From NCBI GenBank assembly GCA_021432655.1, contig MU271365.1:62001-82021 (forward strand): a stretch of DNA of 20,021 nucleotides, written 5' to 3'. The notes beneath the pieces were generated by a model. That model was not told the origin of the DNA. It was given only the letters and a program-made list of their open reading frames with translations, and made no database searches. Both the position numbers and the translations under genes were made by a program. Of the stretch, positions 1 through 8,055 are shown piece after piece. The stretch's first letter is position 1. Each line of letters starts with the position of its first letter. This stretch comes from Atractiella rhizophila (taxonomy: Eukaryota).

Positions 1-29
1 TTTCAGGCTGAGCTGCCAGCTGCCTCCAA

Positions 30-2311
30 ATGGCCAACATCTTGTCCGTCCTCCTCCTCTGCTCTCCTCCCATCACCTCAACAGCAGCTAATACGCGCGT
101 TGCAGTGTCACCGAGCCCATACCATCCGCAAAAGTCTCGCTCGAGACGACTGCAGGGCAGATTCTCATCGAATTGTGGGCGAAAGAGATCCCGAAAGCGT
201 GTCGCAAGTTAGTCTTCCCTCTCTGTGTTGGGTTTGGGGTGTGTAGTTGATTTGGCGATTGTTGTGTTATCAAGCTTCATTCAGTTGTGTTTGGAAGGTG
301 TGTTGCTGTCCTTGTTCATGGTAAAGGTAAAACGAGCATATTTTGATGCGTGATAGGCTACTATGATGGATGCCAGTTCTTTCGAGTGGTTCCTAACTTC
401 ATAGTACAAACAGGGGACCGTACAAATTCTGGGGATGGAGGAGGTGAGGTTTTCATTATTTACATATCTATTCATGGTGGTGAACACAATAACGACTGAC
501 AGAAAGTATATTCGATGAGCCATTCGAGGACGAGTTCAACCAACGCCTCAAATTCAACCGGAGAGGATTGGTCGCTATGGCCAATGAAGGGAAGAAGAAC
601 ACAAATCTTTCTCAGTCCGTACATCCACTTTCGCCTCAAAATGGATATTGAGGACTCTGAAAACAGGTTCTTCATCACACTCGACCGTGCAGACAGTTTG
701 CAAGGCAAAAACACGATCTTCGGACGCGTGCGCCTTATCCTTCCGCTTTCAATCCGCCTATATTAAACAATTTTTGCAGGTCGTTGGAGACACCCTCTAC
801 AACGTTCTCAAGGTCCGTCTTCCTCGCTCCTTCTGCCTTCCTTTTACGACCCACATCACAGTGCAGAAAGAACTAATGCTGTCTGGGGATCCAATACAGA
901 TAGCTGAAGCCGACCTCCATCCCGATAGCGAGCGACCATTGGACCCATACACCATTCGGTCGGTGGAGGTACTCGAGAACCCTTTCAAAGATATTGAACC
1001 AAGGATCACTGCCGAAGAGAGGAGGGAGCAGGCGAAGGCTAGGAAAGAGGCAAAGAAGGAGAAGAAGGAGAGGGAAGAGAAGAAGGGAAAGAGAGGCAAA
1101 GGAACCAAGTGAGTGTTCCTCCCTCCTTTTACGATGTGCAGCGGCTGACGACTGTGGTGCGGAGAAATAAATCCCTAATGTCCTTCGAAGACGGAGAAGG
1201 AGACGATTCAGCCAGACCCCCTACTTCCTCCCTCAAGTCGATCCATGAAGCGGTTAAAGACGAACGTCTCGACTTGCGCTCCGTCGACGATCGAGCTCTC
1301 AAGCCAGACCTCCCACCGGACATGTTAGCCAGTGCACGTAAACGGAAAGCGGAGGCTTTGGACGACCTCGACCAACAAAAATCGACAACGATGGAAACGA
1401 AAGCGCAAGAGGCGGAGGCGGCGCCGGCGAAACCGAAAAAGAAGAAGGCGGAACCCGTACCGGAAGACGAGAGGTTCGTCACGCCTAATCTCTTTCCCAT
1501 CCGTCCCTACCCGACCATCTTAGTTCTTGGTCTAACGTGATGTGCGATCGTTGGGTCCGTTGTTTCGAATAGTGAGAAACGCCGTCGAGAGATCGCAGCC
1601 TTGCAGGCATCATTGAAGAAAGACCACGGCGGCGGATCAGACTCCGATTCCGACTCCGAACAGAAGAAGAAGACGAAAAATTCCAAGAGCTCCGGAGGAA
1701 TTTCGGGAGCGGCACTGTTGGCGGAGGAGAGGGAGAGGTATTTTCGGAAGGGCGCGAGGGAGAGCAGTAAGGTTGGGAAGAAGGGACAGAGGGGGGAGGA
1801 GGTCGATAGACGGTTGGATGGGTTTAGGAGTAGGCTTAGAGCTGCGTGGATGAATGAACCGGAGGAGGAGGACAACACCAAGGGGGAGGAGGGGGCGGCG
1901 AAGAAGGAAGAGGCAGAGAAGGATGAGCAAATGCCTTTTCAGGGCGTCGTCGGTGATTTGGACGGCGATGTGAGCGCTTCTACCAGTATCCTAGTGATGA
2001 ATGCTCATGCCGCGTCTGCAGGACGAAGGTTGGATGTCGCATCAGCTTATGTTCCGAAAGGATGCCACGCTCGAGTATGTCATCTACTTAACCAACAGCC
2101 TCAAATTCCTCTGCATACTTCTGGGCACTCTTCGCTAACATTTTGATGCAGCCTCCATCGAGTATCCGAATACGACGTCGTAGACCCTCGAGCGCGGCGA
2201 GAAGAAATCACGCTGAACGAGATGAGGCAGAGAGAAGAGGACAAACGCAGACGGGAAGGGGAGGGAAGGAGCAAACATGCTGGCTCAGGACTTCGACATA
2301 CCAGGAAGTGA
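30..2311 (+). CDS. CWC27: Spliceosome-associated cyclophilin-type protein CWC27 (multi-exon)
   Basis: Manual splicing (first introns 44-105, 208-274, 298-356, 444-502) gives MANIFVTEPIPSAKVSLETTAGQILIELWAKEIPKACRNFIQLCLEGYYDGCQFFRVVPNFIVQTGDRTNSGDGGESIFDEPFEDEFNQRLKFNRRGLVAMANEGKKNTNLSQFFITLDRADSLQGKNTIFGRVVGDTLYNVLK...NPFKDIEPR, an N-terminal cyclophilin domain. A K/E-rich tail follows with NKSLMSF, GWMSHQLMF and EYDVVDPR segments typical of CWC27. Stop TGA at 2309-2311. Confidence 0.93.
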
Positions 2312-2722
2312 TTTTATTCCGTGTTCCGTGTTCTTTTCTCCATTTCTATTTCCATTCCAGAAATTGCAATTGCATTTGTCTACGAGATATACGGTATTGA
2401 TGCCACTTCGAACGAACCAGAGTCTAAGTTGATGAAAAGAAAATGGGAACGGACGAAAAGACGAATGGACGAATAGAGCAAGCGAATTAAGGAACAGATT
2501 GAATAAAGAATGTGTATATCGTGGACTCTGAATTGTTACGAAACGAACAAACTAAGCGGTTGGCGGAAGGGAGCGTATGCGAAGATTGAGGAGAGAATGA
2601 GCGTGCGTGTTCTGTGCTGGACTTTGAGGCGAGGTTGATAAAGAAACGATAAGCAAAAAGTGACGTGATGGATTGAGGGAAGAAAAGGAAACTTGAATGC
2701 CAAGACAAAAAAATGGAAGGCA

Positions 2723-4085
2723 CTACATACTCAGACTGGGTTGTGCCTTCTTCTGCGCGATATGTACAACTTGATGATATACGAAGCAGTGGTCCGATAA
2801 TTTTGGTGTCCATCTTGGTATAGAATCAGTCATGATTGTCCAATGTCCATTTGAGCGTGTTTATGTGAAGTGTTAGTATTCTCCTTCGTGTACCTGAGGA
2901 TACCGGGGTAGGAACTTCTATCGGAAGAGATATAAGCCTCTTCTCGAACATGTTGGAAAGGGTAAGGCATGGTGAAAGGAAGACGCACCATCCCGTCCAC
3001 CTCCTCGACCAGCCACTCCCCAATCTCCCTCAACTCCCCCAAACACTTCTCAAAAACGTCCACAAAGTCCCTCCTACCATCCTCCGACTTCCTACTCTCA
3101 TCGAGACGTTTCCAATTGGTCCAACACAATCCCACATTCCACGAATAATCTTCAAACTGTAAATGGAGCGGTCCAATGTCCTTCCTGAGCTTCCTCAGCC
3201 GCCTTCTCTCCAATCTAGAGATCTCATTAGCTTCGCGACGGGCTTCGGACGCTGTAGAGGAGAGACGGAGGAAGGATGTGTTGGAGAGAATAGAGGGCGA
3301 GAAGGATTTGCGGAGGAGAAGGGTGCGGAGGTTTGACGAGGAAGTATAAGTGGGATGGACGGTCGTGTATGAACGTGAATGTGAATGAGAACGTGAATGC
3401 GAAAGGGAAGACGCGTCATTTCGAGTGTTGGCCTGAGAAGTTAGACCCATGGTTGTGTTTGCGCCTTGGGAGTGGTTGCGGCGCGTGTTTCGAGGAGGAG
3501 ACGACTGGTGATGATCATCTTCATGCACTGTCAGACAGGACATGGATGAGAAAATCGTATCATTGACGAAGACAAGACAAAAAAAAACTAACCGTCTCTC
3601 AGGCGCTCATCTCCACGTCTGACCTCCCCTTCATTCAACTTCCTCCATTCGCTCAAAGCCCATTTCCTAAACTCTGTCGGTGCCGCCTCGTCCGCATACT
3701 CCTCAAAAACATCAACTATCACCTCCTTGAGGGCCGGAAGCTCCATAAGGACGAAGTTGAGCTCTTGAATGATGGCAGGGGCATTGTCCAACTGCAGCTC
3801 CTGGTCTTCGATGCTCGCAGTATCAGAGGACGAATCCTCCGAATCGTTGTCTCCTTCATCGTCGTGACCATGGTTCGAGTTTGGAGTGGGAAGAGAAGCA
3901 GATTCGTGGTCTGGAGAGAACGTGTCCGTGAAAGGCAGACCGCTCGCTCTCGACTGTCCTGGAGAGAGAAACGAGGTTGGAGTTGGAGTCCTATCCGTTG
4001 TAAAGGAGGTGGCGTCGTCGTCATCTGACACTTGAATCTGTTCCTTGTAGCCCCAATCTGGGTCTATCTCTCGTCCCGTCGACAT
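2723..4085 (-). CDS. Hypothetical protein (~405 aa; acidic and Ser/His/Thr low-complexity regions), 3 predicted exons
   Basis: ATG at 4085 (MSTGREIDPDWGYKEQ...). Intron 3592-3528 (GTTAGT...CTGACAG) joins ORF 3588-4349 in frame to ORF 2830-3543. Probable intron 2893-2814 leads to ...ILRWTPKLSDHCFVYHQVVHIAQKKAQPSLSM*. No family recognised, and the 3' end is less certain. Confidence 0.6.
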
Positions 4086-4731
4086 TTTACAAACGTTCTC
4101 TAAGAGGGACGAGGTAAAAAGGGGATTGGGAGACGGAAACAGGACAGGCTGGAGTTTTAGAGCTCTTAAGAGGGTCAGTAGCTTCGTTCTTGGGAAGTGG
4201 CCAGAGGAAGCTAAAAGGAGGCGAGTTATAAAATGACAAACTAAAGTATGTACACGAAAAAGAGCGATTGAGAGTGAGAGAATAGGGAAGAGGATCGAGT
4301 GCAGTTGGATCCGTTGCTGGAGATACCAATCGATCGCGAACCAAAGCACTCTCTTCTGGTGGATCTTCCTGTGAAATCATGGCTAGGTAGCTAGTACAAC
4401 ACTTTGAGCTCGTCTGCAGGCGCTGAGCGTGGCTGAAGGGAATCGATCGTAAAAGCGGGTCAAACACGGATGCTTTTCTTTCTTTCCATCGACCTTGGCT
4501 CATTTCCATCAACGGTCGTCCAACCGAGCAACTTCAGCACCTCGACTTCCGTTCTTAGGCTGTTCTTTCACCGTCCTCCCTCGCATACCGCCAGAACATG
4601 CAGAGCCTTGCTGGAGCCTCAGAAAGATCCAAAGAACGAGCCAAAATGTGTTCTCAGATGCCAACGCACCCAGATCTGCGGACTCGGTGATAGCAAATGA
4701 TTGAACTGAACCCTGTTTCACTCGGGAGTCA

Positions 4732-4757
4732 ACGCGAGATCCACGCGATACACGCGA
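4732..4757. promoter_or_regulatory. Three clustered ACGCGA (MCB-like CGCG-core) motifs in the divergent promoter upstream of the kinase; duplicated at 8702-8727
   Basis: ACGCGA at 4732, 4743 and 4752, about 115-140 bp upstream of the kinase ATG. Function is inferred only from similarity to the fungal MCB element ACGCGT. Confidence 0.35.
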
Positions 4758-4869
4758 GTGCCATCATTCGGCCGGACAAGAGGGTACAACGACCTTCGAT
4801 TGCTTCTATCATTCATTAATATTCCATAATCACTGTACCTGCATTCTCACACACTCCGGGAAATGCAAA

Positions 4870-6326
4870 ATGGATGGCTGGCTTGAAACACTGCCCATAC
4901 AAACTAGCACCATCCAGTTTCTCAGCTCTTCGCCCTTCTCCAACTCGCACATCTACAAGGCCCAGCGAAAAGGAGCGGCGGAGTGGGTCGTCGTGAAACT
5001 AGTGATGGGTCGGGGAAGGAAGCCACACGACGTCCTGCGAGAGATAGGCATAATGAAGAGGACAACGGGGCTCATGGGCGGAGAAGACAGAAATGTATGT
5101 CTGTACGTCTGTCTCGTTCTCATGGGAAAGGAACTCGCCTGAAAATGAACAACTCTTTCTGGCCTCGCAGATCTGTCCGCTCTTGGAAGCCTTCGCTTCA
5201 TCCCCTCCGACCCCATCTGCGAACGCGCTAATCCTCCCCTATTATCCACAAACTCTACACGACGTCCTCCGTCCTTTCCCACTCCCCCTCACAAACTTGA
5301 AATCGTACGCTTTCCAACTCCTCTCAGCCATCGAGTTCCTCCACAGCCTCGAGCCTCCGATAGCTCACAGGGACATCTGTCCGAGTAATTTCTGGATAAA
5401 AGACCAAGAAGGGGTGTTAGGAGACTTTGGAGTTGCGGTGGAGGTCGAAGGTGAAGGTGAAGGTGAAGGAGGTAGTGGAGGAGCGGAATATGAGAACCAA
5501 GTCGGCACTGGGTGCGTTAATTACCTTACTCCCGGTTCGGTTATTTGCGCCTCGGGATCACGTCCATGACGAATGACGACTGTTGTTTTTGTTGTTTGGC
5601 GGTGGAAAAGACCTTACAGGGCACCAGAGCTCTTCTTTGGCTATCGATTTTACGATCCCCTCAAGGCTGACATTTGGAGTTACGGATGCGTGGTAGGGGA
5701 GATGATCCTCAGTTTAGGTTTGGGGATGGAGACGCATTCCCAATCACGTCAAAGGCAACAAGAAGAGGAGCAAGATCGAAAAAGAAACCGGGAGGAGATC
5801 GAACCTAGATATTTCTACGAGGAGCATGAGGTATGTTTTCCTACGTTTCTATCCCTGTTGACACGCTTTTACTCGAAGTATGAAGGACTAACGTTGTGCT
5901 TCGCGGTATTGTTGGTGCCGCGGGAAGGATGAGGAAGACGAGGAGGACGAAGATGCCTACCCTCACTCCCTCTTCGACGCCTCATTCGGAGAACTCGCGC
6001 TCATAGCGTCCATATACAAGCTTCTAGGAACTCCCACCTCAGAATCATGGCCCGTACGTCTCCCCGTCATCCTCAAGAAAACGACGCAGAAATTGAACCG
6101 TCCCCACTCTTTATAGTCTTCGAGACGCTTCCCAGACACAGACAAGATCAAATTCGACACCTTCCCAGCTCGCGATCTGCTCGAATGTTTGGTGGGGAAG
6201 GGAGACGAGAGGGAGAGAGAAAAGTTGGCAGGTGGAGTCGAGGTCGTCAAGCGTTGTTTGGTATTTGAGAGCTCAAGGAGGGTCAGAGCCGACGAGCTCT
6301 TGCTTTCGGATTGGTGGACAGAGTGA
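4870..6326 (+). CDS. Ser/Thr protein kinase, CMGC group, resembling fungal monomeric CDK-activating kinases (Csk1/Cak1-like); copy 1, 373 aa
   Basis: Exons 4870-5094, 5171-5511, 5611-5830, 5928-6053 and 6117-6326 join in frame. Motifs: VVVK, PHDVLRE, HRDICPSN, GDFG, VGTGPYRAPELFFG, ADIWSYGCVVGEM, LFDASFGELALIASIYKLLGTPTSESWP. There is no GxGxxG loop. The kinase call is secure; the subfamily is assigned by motif resemblance. Confidence 0.85.
5447..5470 (+). repeat. Coding hexanucleotide microsatellite (GAAGGT)3GAAGGA encoding EGEGEGEG in the kinase activation segment; also at 9423-9446
   Basis: Read directly from the sequence; lies between the DFG and APE motifs. Confidence 0.85.
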
Positions 6327-6945
6327 GATGTACGTCTCAAAGCAGCACAACAGTGCATGCTTCTGTGTCAAAGAAATAAGTTCGGTTTGTTATTATGGTA
6401 ATCGTGTTGATCGAGAGCTGTTTCTCTCTTGCTTGTTAAGTTGTCTTCAGCCATAGCACAAAATATGCAGCGCATGAGGAAACATTCTGTCTGCCTCAGT
6501 GCAAAGACATCAACGACATCAGCTCAAGATGGGGGCACGTTTATTGCCTCAACGGGCAGTAAGTTCACACTCTCAGCATAATTTGGCAACAAAATTCCCA
6601 AATTCACCAAAAGAGCAGTATTCACATTCTCAAAGATCGAAACCCTCTTCTCCCTTCTCTAGAGAACTTATCCCGAGTTCCCTTCGAACTTGAGTCAGAA
6701 TTCAAGACAAGAAATGTGATCTCTCTCTGAGGTTAAGCGAACAGGTCCAGTCTGTGAAGGGAGCAAGGGACTGATGGGAAACAATCAAAGAATCCTGATT
6801 ACCTACTGACTGAGGGAGGAGAAAAGAGAAGAAAGAAAGTTTAAACACACAAACAAGTAGAAGAGTAAACAATCAGTCGATTCGCTAGCACAGCGAATCC
6901 TAAGGCGCAAAGGTGCTCCTGAGTGGTCTAGATGAAGTCAGGTAA

Positions 6946-8018
6946 TTATTGTTCCGTTATCGCGGCCGCTCTCTCATTGAGAATGGCACCCGACAATCCG
7001 GTCTATCACCCACATCAACATCGTCCCTACTCGGGAGTGAACGGAGGGAAGTAGAAAACGTACGAATCCAAGAGCGACCTGATTGACGGCAAACAAGACT
7101 CCACCTTCATAATCGAAATCTTCAGCGGGAAGATTTGGCAATCCGGTAGCTGTGGTATTGAGGGAGGTAGTAGCTGAGGCGGTCGAGTTTCCAGAAAAGG
7201 TGCTGGTAGCGTTGGTATAGTTAGAATAGCTAGAAGACACAGAGCTGCTGCTCGTGGTGGTCGCAACCCACTGGGAAGTTGTGGTAGGATCCGGCTTCCA
7301 TTGTGAGGACGTTGTGGGTGTCCACTGGCTCGTTTTTTTGGAAGTTGTCTGCGAATCGTCGCCTCCATCGCCCCCGCTGTCGTCTCCGACCAAGCCCCAG
7401 GTCATGTAGAAAACACCCTTGAAGATAGAAGAGAGTTAATTAAAAGGTAAGCTCGGGAAAGGTGGGGCGGAGTCGGGAACACGGACCATGTCTGGGTTGG
7501 CAAAGTGCTTGAAGAGTGCGGGAGACATGTCTGTGTAACAGGTTTAGATTAGTACGTCTTTTTGCGAGTATAAACACACCCAAAGCGCCCCATGGGCATC
7601 CTGAATCACAAACATCAGCCTGCGGAAGAGAAAAGGAGCTGGAAGCCAACCTGGACAGCAGTCGACAATTTGAGCTTTGGCAGACTTGCCGCCATACTGG
7701 ATGTTGATATACTTGAAGCAGTACTTGGAAACCGAGTTAGAGCTTCCATATTGCCCTTGGTTCAAGGCGACTGAAAATTCAACGTCAGTCGCACTGCCCA
7801 CGAATCACGACAGTTGGAGACTGACCAACAAAGTCTGAATCGGAATTGTACTCTCCACAAGCACCTAAGCCGACATCGTAGAAGGTAGCACTTTGCACCG
7901 GACGAGTTTGAACCCTTTTTTAAAGGAAAGCAGCTGGGAAAGAAGCGCACCGTCCTGAATCACCCCGCTTCTGGAGTCCATCAGTCGAATTACCCCAGGA
8001 GTTCAATCTAGCCTCGAT
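6946..8018 (-). pseudogene. 5'-truncated copy of the expansin-like/DPBB gene, lacking its promoter and first 40 codons (including the signal peptide)
   Basis: Matches 10922-12000 but begins at native codon 41 (Ile) at the duplication junction. The upstream ATG at 8055 is out of frame and stops at 8010-8008. The remaining exons have no stops or frameshifts. Confidence 0.8.
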
Positions 8019-8055
8019 AGCCCCAATCTGGGTCTATCTCTCGTCCCGTCGACAT
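8008..8055 (-). other. Chimeric junction mini-ORF MSTGREIDPDWGYRG*
   Basis: First 12 codons of the 2723-4085 gene, duplicated with its upstream region, read across the breakpoint into the expansin-like sequence in a shifted frame. Confidence 0.75.

Larger units (their letters stand above)
4048..8017. repeat. Tandem segmental duplication, unit 1 (3970 bp)
   Basis: Sequence from TAGCCCCAATCTGGG at 4048 recurs at 8018. The offset is 3970 at the start, 3976 through the kinase and 3982 at the end. The ORF track repeats accordingly. Confidence 0.97.

Noticed and set aside
357..730. Degenerate cyclophilin active-site residues in CWC27 (Ser and Asn at the CypA W121 and H126 positions)
   Set aside because: CWC27 proteins are known to deviate at the W121 position and to act mainly as spliceosomal scaffolds, so this is not novel.
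797..1930. Long antisense ORFs over CWC27 (and similar ones over ZAP1 and IleRS)
   Set aside because: Shadow frames of purine-rich, low-complexity coding sequence.
4087..4721. ORFs in the divergent promoter (4087-4512, 4470-4700, 4509-4721) and the non-ATG extension of ORF 3588-4349
   Set aside because: No recognisable motifs or consistent splice model. Their recurrence at 8057-8691 is explained by the duplication, not by conservation.
6111..6160. Possible frameshift in the last kinase exon (FETLP appears in another frame)
   Set aside because: The phase-0 splice 6053/6117 gives a continuous WP-SSRRFPDTDKIKF...WWTE* that fits the family pattern, and the inter-copy SNPs at 6173 and 6230 are silent in that frame.
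6327..6945. Small gene between the convergent kinase and expansin-like stops (ORF 6499-6693)
   Set aside because: Short, non-ATG start and no features; consistent with 3' UTR/terminator sequence.
5212..7998. RIP-like mutation of the duplicated units
   Set aside because: Differences are patchy, include transversions and indels, run in both directions and are silent in exons, unlike dense directional C-to-T mutation.
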